DNA from: an uncultured Alphaproteobacteria bacterium
Lineage (GTDB): Bacteria > Pseudomonadota > Alphaproteobacteria > Micropepsales > Micropepsaceae
Assembly (NCBI GenBank): GCA_963769055.1
Contig: CAVYKF010000006.1
Location: forward strand, 224,212-248,211
Length of the DNA stretch: 24,000 nucleotides
Direction: 5' to 3'
Part shown: piece by piece, positions 1 to 8,414 of the stretch
Position numbering within the stretch: the first letter of the stretch is position 1
How the letters are laid out: every line of letters starts with the position of its first letter
Notes under the pieces: model-generated
The model's input: only the letters and a program-made list of their open reading frames with translations
Told to the model about the DNA's origin: nothing
The model's database searches: none
Made by a program: the position numbers and the translations under genes

Positions 1-1
1 C

Positions 2-421
2 AAGGCGGAGAAAACGGACCTCTACGCGGGTGCCGCGAAATCGCTGCAAGGACGGCCCATGTTCATCGCCACCGACGAGGAGTCGCCGCTGGCCTCCTTC
101 ATCTGCGTCGACAATCCCGTGAAAGACCAGGCGCGGATCGCCAAGGACGTGGCGGCGGGCTTCATGGTCAAGACCCGCGCCGATGCCGATACGCGCGAGG
201 CCCGCAAGGGCGATACCGCCCGGCGCGACGCCGCTTTCGCTTCGGGGGCGCAGATCGTGGCGACGAATTTCCTGATGCCCGACAAGAAGATCGGAGACTA
301 TCAGGTCACCTTGGCGGCGGCCGGCGGCCGTTCGGCGCAATGCGACGCCAAGCTGCCGGGCCAGCAATGCGTGAGCTGGGACGCGCGTCCGCCGCGGGTG
401 CTGGCTGTCACCACTCATTGA
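2..421 (+). CDS. Ca2+-dependent phosphoinositide-specific phospholipase C-like protein (PI-PLC-C1 type), C-terminal fragment; 5' end is upstream of the window
   Basis: The frame is open from nt 2, with no stop before the first ATG at 59. The block VKTRADADTREARKGDTARRDAAFASGAQIVATNF matches the conserved C-terminal block I recall for bacterial PI-PLC-C1 proteins. Stop TGA at 419-421. Confidence 0.6.
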   Translation, partial: KAEKTDLYAGAAKSLQGRPMFIATDEESPLASFICVDNPVKDQARIAKDVAAGFMVKTRADADTREARKGDTARRDAAFASGAQIVATNFLMPDKKIGDYQVTLAAAGGRSAQCDAKLPGQQCVSWDARPPRVLAVTTH

Positions 422-442
422 ATTGCCTATTCGGGAAATTGC

Positions 443-958
443 CTATTTGGCGCGTTTGACCGCCCGGGCCAGGGCGCGCCACGGGCCGATATCCCAATGA
501 TTGTCGGCCAGCGGCGAAGGCGATGGCAGGATCCAGACGATGGTCTCGCCGATGCTTTCTTTTTGTTTGCCCGGAACGGCTTTCTTGCCCATGACCGCGC
601 GGCCGGCGGTCAGGCTGGTGAAGGCGAGATAACGCGGCGCGATCTTGCGAATGCGGGCGCGCAGCGCATCCGCCGCTCCCCGACCAAGGCTGTGCTTGGG
701 CAATTGATGGTCCATGCCGTAGTCGAATTTGGCGATATCGGTGAGGCCGATGCCCAGATCCCAGAGCGCGGGATAATCCTGGGGCGCGAACAGATGCGGC
801 GTCAGTCCAACCTCATGCAAGGTGCGCCAGAATTTGTTCTGACTGTGCGCGTAATAGGCTTTCTGCAACGCCGATTGGCGCCCCGCCGCCGTGCCGCAGA
901 AAACCAGCGTCAGACCCGGCTTCAGCCGTTCGGGCAGGACGTGAGCCTTATCGCGCAT
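443..958 (-). CDS. UDG-superfamily DNA glycosylase, Mug/TDG-like (possibly hypoxanthine-DNA-glycosylase-like)
   Basis: 171 aa from the internal ATG at 956-958 of ORF 443..1174. The blocks KPGLTLVFCGTAAG / YYAHSQNKFW / GLTDIA / VWILPSPSPL parallel E. coli Mug APGLRVVFCGINPG / NRFW / GVTKLV / IWVLPNPSGL. The longer N-terminal extension is Cys/Pro/Arg-rich and lies inside the permease gene, so I rejected it. Confidence 0.7.
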   Translation of the reverse strand: MRDKAHVLPERLKPGLTLVFCGTAAGRQSALQKAYYAHSQNKFWRTLHEVGLTPHLFAPQDYPALWDLGIGLTDIAKFDYGMDHQLPKHSLGRGAADALRARIRKIAPRYLAFTSLTAGRAVMGKKAVPGKQKESIGETIVWILPSPSPLADNHWDIGPWRALARAVKRAK

Positions 959-2312
959 TCTCTGGGCGCCAGCGGGCGCGGCCAAAAAGATAGATCGGCA
1001 CGGCGGCGGACAAAGCGAGAACCGAATAGATGCCGGTCCGCCAATCGGAGAGCACGAACAGCACCACCAGCAGCGCGTTCGCGGCGATGCTGAGGATGGC
1101 GGGCCAGGGATAGAACGGCATCTTGTAGGGCCGGGGCAAGTTCGGTTCGGTGCGCCGCAGCCGCATGGCGCCATAGCTCAGCATCAGGAAGATGATCATG
1201 ATGTTGGGCGCGTAGAGATTGAGCAGCACTTCGTAGAGTTCGCCTTTGAGCAGGTCGGCGCTGAGGATCACCAGCGAGGTCGCCACCACCACCACGATCA
1301 GGGCGCGGCGCGGCGTGCCGCTGAGGGAAACCGTGGCGAGCCCCGGCGGCAGCACGCCCTCGCGCGCCATGGCATAGGTTGTGCGCACATGTTCCATCAC
1401 CTGCAGATTGGCGATGGTGGCGACGCAGACGATGGCGAGTAATGTGACGATCACGCCGCTGCCCGGGCCCAGCACCATGGTCACCGCGTCGGAAACCGCC
1501 AAGGTCGAGCGCGTCAAGGTCCCCATGGGCAGGACATACAGAACCGCGGCATTGATCAGGCAATAGATCGCCGTCACCAACGCGATGCCGGCGAAAGTCG
1601 CGCGCGCCACATTGCGCTCGGGCTCATGCACTTCCTCGGAGAAATAGACCACCGCTTCCCAGCCGCCATAGGCACCATAGATGGCGCGAAGCGCCACCGC
1701 CGCCGCCACCCAGCTGAAGACCGGCGGTGGTGGGCCAAGGGCGGCGCCGCTTTTTCCGCGCGCCAGAAACAGAGCGGCGACCAGGATGATCAGGCCCAGG
1801 GCCTTCAGCGCGCTGCCGATATTCTGCGATGCGCCGCCGACCCGCGCGCCGATCCAGTTGAGGGCGCCGCAGCCGACCACCAGCAGAATCGCGATCTCCC
1901 CCGTGGTCAGCCAAGGCAGCAGGCCCAGCCGCTGCACATATTCGCCGAACGCCACGGCGATGAAACCGGTGGAGAAGACCAGTTGCAGCCAGTCCGCCCA
2001 GCCCACGAAAAACCCGGTGAAAGGCCCGATGGAACGAACGGCCAGGGGGTAAGGCCCACCGGACTGGGGTACCGCCGCGCCCAGCTCCACGGTCGGCATG
2101 GCGTCGATGGCCACGAACAAGCCGCCGCCCAGCCAGGCCAGAAGAATGAGCTTGGGATCCAGAAAGCCCGCCGCCACCACGGAGGGATTGCGCATGATGC
2201 CCGAGCCGATGACGCCGCCGATGACCACCGCGAGGCCAAAACCCAGCCCGAAGATGCGCAGCAGCCTGCCGCGCACGGCATGCGGGTCCAGCGCGGTATC
2301 GGAATCAGTCAT
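948..2312 (-). CDS. APC-superfamily amino acid permease
   Basis: 454 aa with about 12 hydrophobic segments. The N-terminal motif FGLGFGLAVVIGGVIGSGIM is typical of APC permeases. ATG at 2310-2312 is preceded by GGGGAGAG. The stop TAA at 948-950 overlaps the next gene's start by 11 nt. Confidence 0.85.
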   Translation of the reverse strand: MTDSDTALDPHAVRGRLLRIFGLGFGLAVVIGGVIGSGIMRNPSVVAAGFLDPKLILLAWLGGGLFVAIDAMPTVELGAAVPQSGGPYPLAVRSIGPFTGFFVGWADWLQLVFSTGFIAVAFGEYVQRLGLLPWLTTGEIAILLVVGCGALNWIGARVGGASQNIGSALKALGLIILVAALFLARGKSGAALGPPPPVFSWVAAAVALRAIYGAYGGWEAVVYFSEEVHEPERNVARATFAGIALVTAIYCLINAAVLYVLPMGTLTRSTLAVSDAVTMVLGPGSGVIVTLLAIVCVATIANLQVMEHVRTTYAMAREGVLPPGLATVSLSGTPRRALIVVVVATSLVILSADLLKGELYEVLLNLYAPNIMIIFLMLSYGAMRLRRTEPNLPRPYKMPFYPWPAILSIAANALLVVLFVLSDWRTGIYSVLALSAAVPIYLFGRARWRPENAR

Positions 2313-2378
2313 GATGCTCTCCCCTGCCCGGGCTGATTAGGGGCGAGGATGCGCGGCTTTGCAACCGGTTCCGCCGGA

Positions 2379-3506
2379 TCAGAGGACCCGCCCGAACCAG
2401 CTCAGCGAAAGACCGGCGGAGGCCAGCATCAGCAGCGCGGCGGCTCCGGCGAAGAAGGAAGTGATCTCCATCTCCTTGGTCTCCATCACCAGCTGCTTGG
2501 ACAGGACGCCATAGACCGTTTTCAGGTCCTCGGCGCTGGTGGCATGGAAATAGCGGCCGCGCGTCACGTCCGCGATCTTCTTCAGCGCCTCTTCGTCGAG
2601 CTGCGCGCGCATCGAAAAGCCGCCAAAGCCGACGATATTGCCCTTGGTGGTTCCGAAGCCCACGGTATAGACGCGCACGCCATATTCGGACGCGATGCGG
2701 GCGGCTTCGAGCGGATCATAGCCGGCGTTGGTCTGGCCATCGGTGAGCAGGATGATCACCGCATTCTTGTAGGAGCCCGGCTCGACCGGCACATGCTTCT
2801 TTTTGGGTCCGCCGCCCGGCGTGCGGTCTCCCAGCGCCCGGCCGCCAAAGCGGTTGAAACGATCGCCAAAGCCATAGCCGCCGCCAAAGCCATAGCCGCC
2901 GCCGGAGAAATTTGTGATCGGGAAGTCTTCATGCGGAAACAGGGTGGAAAGCGAAACCAGGATGCCGCTGCCCACCGCGGTGCCGCGCTGCAATTCGAAC
3001 CGGTCGACGGCGGCGTTCAGCGCCAGGCGGTCGGTGGTGGGATTCTGGACCGTCAGCGCCGTGGCGGCGAAGGCGACGATGCCGATCAGCACGTCCTTGG
3101 GCTGTTCCTTGATATACTGCTTGGCGGCGGCCTGCGCCGCCTCGATGCGCGACGGCTTCACATCGGCGGCGCGCATGCTGCCCGAAACATCCATCGTCAG
3201 GATCACGGTGGCGCGGGTGGAAGGCAGGCTCACCATCGCGGTCGGCCGCGCCAGGGCGATCAGGAGCAAGGTCAGGGCGCCCAGCAGCAGCGCGGGCGGC
3301 ACATGACGGCGCCAGCCGGTGACGCCGACCGCCTGCTTGACCAGCGCCAGATTGGCATAGCGCAGCGCGGACTTCTTGCGCCGTCCGAGCAGGAGCAGAT
3401 AGAGGCCGACCGCCAGCGGAACCAGGACCAACAGCCACAGGAAAGTCGGCCAGAGAAAGCCGATATGCGGGACCAGGCCCCAAAGCTTGGCGAGCCGCTC
3501 GCTCAT
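2379..3506 (-). CDS. BatA-like von Willebrand factor A (VWA) domain membrane protein
   Basis: 375 aa. The N-terminal FLWPTFLWLLVLVPL is a BatA-type double TM and there is a C-terminal TM. The MIDAS motif is MDVSGSM (DxSxS), followed by LLTDGQTN. Its ATG overlaps the DUF58 stop in ATGA at 3503-3506. It carries a Gly/Tyr/Phe-rich insert, GGGYGFGGGYGFGDRFNRFGG. Confidence 0.85.
   Translation of the reverse strand: MSERLAKLWGLVPHIGFLWPTFLWLLVLVPLAVGLYLLLLGRRKKSALRYANLALVKQAVGVTGWRRHVPPALLLGALTLLLIALARPTAMVSLPSTRATVILTMDVSGSMRAADVKPSRIEAAQAAAKQYIKEQPKDVLIGIVAFAATALTVQNPTTDRLALNAAVDRFELQRGTAVGSGILVSLSTLFPHEDFPITNFSGGGYGFGGGYGFGDRFNRFGGRALGDRTPGGGPKKKHVPVEPGSYKNAVIILLTDGQTNAGYDPLEAARIASEYGVRVYTVGFGTTKGNIVGFGGFSMRAQLDEEALKKIADVTRGRYFHATSAEDLKTVYGVLSKQLVMETKEMEITSFFAGAAALLMLASAGLSLSWFGRVL
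2865..2900. repeat. Perfect 18-bp tandem duplication (gccaaagccatagccgcc x2) inside the VWA gene
   Basis: nt 2865-2882 and 2883-2900 are identical. On the coding (minus) strand this encodes GGGYGF twice, in frame. Confidence 0.9.
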
Positions 3507-4405
3507 GGGGAATTCTTCGCGAAACGAAGCCGGCGCATATCGGCGAAGCGCAGCACCGCGTCGGCGATATCGTCTTCGGTGGAAAGCTCCAGCGCGTCGA
3601 CGCCTGCCGACTGGAAGGCGCCCAGCAATGCTTCCTCCTTCGCTTCGGCGGCGGCGGCGAAGCGGGCGCGGAAATTCCTGTCATGGGTGTCGACGAAAAG
3701 CTGCTCGCCATTCTCCGCGTCCTGGAAGGTGAGAAGCCCGAGATCGGGAAGCCGCATCTCCAAGGGATCGGTGAGGCGGACCGCGATCACGTCATGGCGG
3801 CTGGCGAGCTGGCTCAGCGGCTTCTCCCAGCCCGGCGGGCTGATGAAATCCGAGACGATGAAGATCAGCGAACGCCGGCGGATCATGCGCGCCGCATCGC
3901 CCAGCACGCGCTTCAAGTCGGTGCCTTTGGCGCCTTTGGGATTGCGATAGCGGGTGAGCGCATCGAGCAGCACCAGGAATTGCTGGCGGCCGCCGCGCGC
4001 CGGGATCATGCGCTCCACCCCGCCGGAGAAGAGCAGCGCCCCCGCGCGGTTGCCCTTGCCCGCCAGGAAGCGGCACATCAGGGAGGTGAATTCCGCCAGC
4101 ACCGCGCGCTTGGAAACGCTCACGGACTGAAAATCGATCGAGGGACTCATATCCAGCAGGAACCAGGCGGTGATCTCCCGGTCCTCCAGATATTCGCGCA
4201 CATGGGGGATCTGGAGCCGCGCGGTGACGTTCCAGTCCATGTGCCGCACATCGTCGTGATACTGGTATTCGCGCAGATCCGCGAGATCCAGACCCTGGCC
4301 GCGGAACAGGCTTTTGTGATCGCCCTGCAGGAGGCCTTCCAGCCGCCGCGCGATCTTCAGGTCGAGGCGGTGGAGGACCGCCTCAGGCGTTGGCGGCGCG
4401 GTCAT
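3503..4405 (-). CDS. DUF58 domain protein (MoxR-associated, VWA-like)
   Basis: 300 aa from the internal ATG at 4403-4405. The signature LADLREYQYHDDVRHMDWNVTARL matches the DUF58 motif (REY..GD..R.IDW...AR). It overlaps the MoxR 3' end by 23 nt and the VWA start by 4 nt. Confidence 0.85.
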   Translation of the reverse strand: MTAPPTPEAVLHRLDLKIARRLEGLLQGDHKSLFRGQGLDLADLREYQYHDDVRHMDWNVTARLQIPHVREYLEDREITAWFLLDMSPSIDFQSVSVSKRAVLAEFTSLMCRFLAGKGNRAGALLFSGGVERMIPARGGRQQFLVLLDALTRYRNPKGAKGTDLKRVLGDAARMIRRRSLIFIVSDFISPPGWEKPLSQLASRHDVIAVRLTDPLEMRLPDLGLLTFQDAENGEQLFVDTHDRNFRARFAAAAEAKEEALLGAFQSAGVDALELSTEDDIADAVLRFADMRRLRFAKNSP

Positions 4406-5378
4406 GACGCTCCAGCACTTTCTCGGGCGCGGGCACGGCCCGCATGATGTCGCGCACCAGATCGTCGGCGCTGACGCCTTCGGCCAGCGCTTCATAGGAC
4501 GGCACCACGCGATGGCGCAGCACGTCGGCCGCCACATCCACGACATCGGCGGGCAGCGCATAGTCGCGGCCGCGCAGATAGGCGAGCGCCCGGCCCGCTT
4601 CGATCAGGCCGATGGTGGCGCGCGGGGACGCGCCATAGAGAATAAAGCGGGAGAGGCCGCTAAGGCCGGCCTTGCCCGGCGCGCGCGTCGCCGCCACCAG
4701 CCGCACCGCATAGGTGACCAGCGCGGGATCGATATAGACCTTGCGCGCTTCGGTCTGCATCGCCAGCAATTCATCGGTGGTGGTCACCGCGCCGATGGCG
4801 GCGCCGATGCCGGTGACGCGCTGGACGATGACGAACTCCTCGTCCTCGGACGGATAGCCGACCAGCACCTTCATCATGAAGCGGTCCACCTGCGCTTCCG
4901 GCAGGGCATAGGTGCCTTCGGTCTCGATGGGATTTTGCGTCGCCATCACCACGAAGGGCTTGGGCACGGGATGGCTTTCGCCGGCGATGGTGACCTGGCG
5001 CTCCTGCATCACTTCCAGGAGCGCGCTCTGCACCTTGGCGGGGGCGCGGTTGATTTCGTCGGCCAGCACCAGATTGGCGAAGACCGGACCCAGCACGGTG
5101 GCGAATTCCCCGCTCTTCTGGTTATAGACCCGGGTGCCGATCAGGTCGGCGGGCACCAGATCGGGCGTGAACTGGATGCGCTTGAAGCTGCCTTGCATGG
5201 CGCGCGCCAGGGTCGAGACCGTCAAGGTCTTGGCCAGCCCCGGCACGCCTTCCACCAAGAGATGTCCGCCCGCCAGAAGCGCGACCAGCACGCGCTCCAG
5301 GAAATGGTCCTGACCGACCACGATCTTCTTCACTTCGTAGAGGAGATGCTCCAGCCCTTCATGCGCGCCGCTCGCCAT
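4383..5378 (-). CDS. MoxR-family AAA+ ATPase
   Basis: 331 aa from the ATG at 5376-5378. Walker A is VEGVPGLAKT, followed by RIQFTPDLVPADLIGT, and Walker B is LVLADEINRA. This is the typical AAA_3/MoxR layout. Confidence 0.9.
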   Translation of the reverse strand: MASGAHEGLEHLLYEVKKIVVGQDHFLERVLVALLAGGHLLVEGVPGLAKTLTVSTLARAMQGSFKRIQFTPDLVPADLIGTRVYNQKSGEFATVLGPVFANLVLADEINRAPAKVQSALLEVMQERQVTIAGESHPVPKPFVVMATQNPIETEGTYALPEAQVDRFMMKVLVGYPSEDEEFVIVQRVTGIGAAIGAVTTTDELLAMQTEARKVYIDPALVTYAVRLVAATRAPGKAGLSGLSRFILYGASPRATIGLIEAGRALAYLRGRDYALPADVVDVAADVLRHRVVPSYEALAEGVSADDLVRDIMRAVPAPEKVLERHDRAANA

Positions 5379-5394
5379 GCTCGAAATCCTTTTG

Positions 5395-6438
5395 TCAGAG
5401 AGGATTGTTGCCCACCGCCTTGGCGGCATTCTCGATCGGCACGGCAAAGGCCATGCCCGCAAACACACGCTGGCCGGTGGGATTGTAGATCGCCGTCACG
5501 ATGCCCACGACTTCGCCGTCGCGATTGACCAGCGGCCCGCCGGAATTGCCGGGATTCACCGCGGCGGTGAACTGGATCAGGTTGGTGAGGGTGGGCTTGT
5601 CCTTCTCGGAGGGATCGTCGAATTCGCGTTTCAGGCCCGCCACCACGCCGGACGACACCGAAGGTCCGATGCCGAAGGGAAAGCCCACCGCGACAACCGT
5701 GTCGCCGGGAAAGAGATTGGCGGTGGACGCGAGGGTCGCGGGCTTCAGATCGTCCGGCTGGGTCTTGGTGCGGATGACCGCCAGATCATTCTCCGGCTGC
5801 ACATTGATCACCGTCGCTTCCGACGTGCTGCCGTCGAAGTACGTGACCACCCAGCGGTCGGTGGAGTGAATCACATGCAGATTGGTCAGGATGTCGCCCT
5901 TGTCGTCGATCACCACGCCGCTGCCGGTGGAATCGGGGTGTGTATCCTTGCCGTCGGGGGCCTTCTGTGTCGTCGGCGGCGATGGCGCAGGCGCGGGCTT
6001 GAGATGGTTCTTCCGCGCCTCGGCGGCTTCCGCCTTGGCTTCCTGCGCGGCGTGTTCGGGCGACAGATAGCCGTCCACCCGCACCACCGACGGCGCGATG
6101 GTGGCGGCGGCGACCGTGGTCTTGGCTGGACCGGGCGGCGTGTTACCCAGGCTGTATTTTACGGCGTTGTCGATATCCCATTGCGTGAGCGCGGCCGGCG
6201 AAGGATGGAACAACTGCCATCCGCCGATCAGCGCCAGGCTCACCAGCACCGCCGCCGCGGCCGGCAGGCTGCGATCATGCTTTACGGCAAAAGCCTTGGT
6301 CTTCCGCCAGGCCAGCGCGGCGAGCGACGGTTCCCGATCCTCGAGCTCGAAGGACCAAGCGACGGGCGTGCCTTCGTCGCCGAAGGACGAACCGGAACGC
6401 CGCCTGGAGGCGCGGCTGTAGAAGGGTTTTCGCTTCAT
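5395..6438 (-). CDS. Membrane-anchored trypsin-like serine protease (S1C/DegP-like, no PDZ domain)
   Basis: 347 aa with a basic cytoplasmic N-terminus and one TM (AAAAVLVSLALIGGW). Triad contexts are TNLHVI (His), ENDLAVI (Asp) and NPGNSGGPL (Ser). The stop is 16 nt upstream of the MoxR ATG. Confidence 0.8.
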   Translation of the reverse strand: MKRKPFYSRASRRRSGSSFGDEGTPVAWSFELEDREPSLAALAWRKTKAFAVKHDRSLPAAAAVLVSLALIGGWQLFHPSPAALTQWDIDNAVKYSLGNTPPGPAKTTVAAATIAPSVVRVDGYLSPEHAAQEAKAEAAEARKNHLKPAPAPSPPTTQKAPDGKDTHPDSTGSGVVIDDKGDILTNLHVIHSTDRWVVTYFDGSTSEATVINVQPENDLAVIRTKTQPDDLKPATLASTANLFPGDTVVAVGFPFGIGPSVSSGVVAGLKREFDDPSEKDKPTLTNLIQFTAAVNPGNSGGPLVNRDGEVVGIVTAIYNPTGQRVFAGMAFAVPIENAAKAVGNNPL

Positions 6439-6531
6439 ACCGGTACCTGCCGATAGATCGCTGCCAAAAGCCTACGCCAGCCGCTCACTTTAGGCAAAAG
6501 CCAGGCAAAACAATTGCCGGATGTGTGTCCG

Positions 6532-8250
6532 TCATCCAAATGTAAAAGAATAGGCCTCCGCGCCCGGATCCAGGAACTCGATGCTGAACGTGTGGTCGCC
6601 GACCGAGCCTTGTTGCCGGATCAATTGATAAAGACGCTGGCCGGTAACCGTACCGTTGCCGCCGTCGTCGCTGTCGACGCCATGGGCCGGGCCCGGCGGT
6701 TGACCATCCAATGTCACCTTGAAGCGCACCGGTTTGTTGCCAATGGCGGGTCCCATCACAAGATGCAGATCGCGGGCATGAAAATAGAAAGTGATCCTGG
6801 CGCCCGCCGCATCCGACACCGATTTTTCCTCGCCGATGGTCCAGCGCCCGGCAAGGCCCCATTGATTGGGGCCCAGCGGATACGGCGTTTTGTAGAGGGC
6901 GGGCTTGTCCGGCGTCGGCGGTCCCGAAGCAAAATTCTGTCCCCGGCCATAGCCCAGATAGGTTTCCGGCGACTCCATGTCGTTCTCGTCGGCGGCGGCG
7001 AGCAGGCCCGGCTTGTCCGGATTGACCAGGCCGCCCGGCACATCCTTGTAGCCCGCCTCCCTCAGCAAAGTCTGGATGATGCGCTCGGACTTGTCATACT
7101 CGCCTTCGCCGAAATGATGGGCGCGGATGCGGCCTTCGGCATCGATGAAATAATGCGCCGGCCAATATTGGTTGTTGAAGGCCTGCCAGATGGCGAGATT
7201 GGAATCCAACGCCACCGGATAGGTGACGCCCAGATCCTGCACCGCCTTCCTCACATTGGCCGGATCTTTTTCGAACGCGAATTCCGGCGCATGCACGCCC
7301 AGCACGACCAGGCCATGATCCTTGTATTTGGCGGCCCAGGCGCGGATATACGGCAGCGCGCGCAAGCAATTGATGCAGGAATAGGTCCAGAAATCCACCA
7401 CCACCACCTTGCCGCGCAAGGCCGCGCGCGTCAGCGGCGGCGAATTGAACCAGCCGATTGCGCCGTTCAATTCCGGCATGGTGCCTTCGATGGGAAGACT
7501 GCTGCCCGCCACGGCGACCGTCTTTGCCGCTTGCGTGGGACGCAGCTTGTCGATCAGTCCCTGCTCGAAGCGCGTGGTATTGGCCAGCGACAAGCGCGCC
7601 AGGAAACCGGTATCGAAACCGAAGGCGATGGCGGCGACGCCGGCCAGCACGGCCACCCCCAACGCACGGCGCACCCATTCGCCCGCGCCCAAGGATTGCT
7701 TCATCGCCGCGAAGATCCGCCCGCCCACCAGAAGCGCCAGCGCCAGCGATGTGGCCGCACCCGCGGCGTAAGCGAACAGCAGTAGGGTCGTTCGAACGCT
7801 GGCGCCGCCGATCGCGGCACCCGTCAGCACCAGTCCCAGGATCGGGCCGGCGCAGGGCGCCCACAACAAGCCAGTGGCGATGCCCAACAGAAAAGACGAA
7901 CCGATGCCGGTCCGCGCGCCCGCTTCACCGGATAGACGATCGCCCAGCGCCACCAGCGGCCGGGTCAGGCGGTCCGCCAAGCTGCGCGATAGAAGCGTGA
8001 TGGCGAACAAGCTCAGCAAAACCATGGCGGCGATGCGGCCATATTGATTGGCGCTGACCGCCCAACCTCCGCCCACCGCCGCCAGGCTGGCCACCGCCGC
8101 GAACATCACTGCCATTCCCGCCAGCAGCGGCAAGGTTCCAGTGAGGAACGGACGCTCGCCACGCGCGAAGACAAACGGCAGCACCGGCAGGATGCAGGGG
8201 CTGACAATGGTAAGCACGCCGCCCAGATAGGCCAGCAATATCAGGGTCAT
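6532..8250 (-). CDS. dipZ: DipZ-type thiol:disulfide interchange/cytochrome c biogenesis protein (CcdA-like TM domain + thioredoxin-like domain + C-terminal DipZ domain)
   Basis: 572 aa from the ATG at 8248-8250 (MTLILLAYLGG). TM cysteines sit in IVSPCILPVLP and WAPCAGPILG. The thioredoxin motif is WTYSCINCLRALP, followed by a beta-rich C-terminal domain. Confidence 0.8.
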   Translation of the reverse strand: MTLILLAYLGGVLTIVSPCILPVLPFVFARGERPFLTGTLPLLAGMAVMFAAVASLAAVGGGWAVSANQYGRIAAMVLLSLFAITLLSRSLADRLTRPLVALGDRLSGEAGARTGIGSSFLLGIATGLLWAPCAGPILGLVLTGAAIGGASVRTTLLLFAYAAGAATSLALALLVGGRIFAAMKQSLGAGEWVRRALGVAVLAGVAAIAFGFDTGFLARLSLANTTRFEQGLIDKLRPTQAAKTVAVAGSSLPIEGTMPELNGAIGWFNSPPLTRAALRGKVVVVDFWTYSCINCLRALPYIRAWAAKYKDHGLVVLGVHAPEFAFEKDPANVRKAVQDLGVTYPVALDSNLAIWQAFNNQYWPAHYFIDAEGRIRAHHFGEGEYDKSERIIQTLLREAGYKDVPGGLVNPDKPGLLAAADENDMESPETYLGYGRGQNFASGPPTPDKPALYKTPYPLGPNQWGLAGRWTIGEEKSVSDAAGARITFYFHARDLHLVMGPAIGNKPVRFKVTLDGQPPGPAHGVDSDDGGNGTVTGQRLYQLIRQQGSVGDHTFSIEFLDPGAEAYSFTFG

Positions 8251-8339
8251 TGCGGAGGCGCGCTCCCGATCGGACCGGTATATTCCACGCGCCATCTTCG
8301 CAGCGTCGTACTATTCGTGCAAATATCAGGCGGCTCGCG

Positions 8340-8353
8340 GGAAATATATTTCC
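8340..8353. promoter_or_regulatory. Perfect 14-bp palindrome GGAAATATATTTCC in the dipZ / dehydrogenase divergent intergenic region
   Basis: The sequence is self-complementary and AT-rich in a GC-rich 164-bp divergent promoter region (8251-8414). Function not established. Confidence 0.3.
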
Positions 8354-8414
8354 ATCCTGTAACCCCTTCACGCGAGCACGCCGCGATACCGGCCAAGCCT
8401 TTGGGAGAAGCGAC

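Noticed and set aside
421-447. 11-nt direct repeat aattgcctatt at 421-431 and 437-447, in the 21-nt gap between the convergent PI-PLC-like and glycosylase genes
   Set aside because: It is real in the sequence, but too short and isolated to assign a function. It overlaps a stop codon and could be chance or a small slippage duplication.
959-1174. N-terminal extensions offered by the ORF track for several genes: 443-1174, 3503-4561, 4383-5468, 6532-8295, 19851-20993, 20986-21756, 22169-22564, 23075-23605
   Set aside because: The extensions are compositionally odd (Cys/Pro/Arg-rich) and overlap upstream genes. Internal ATGs with RBS-like purine tracts give proteins that begin where the conserved family sequence begins.
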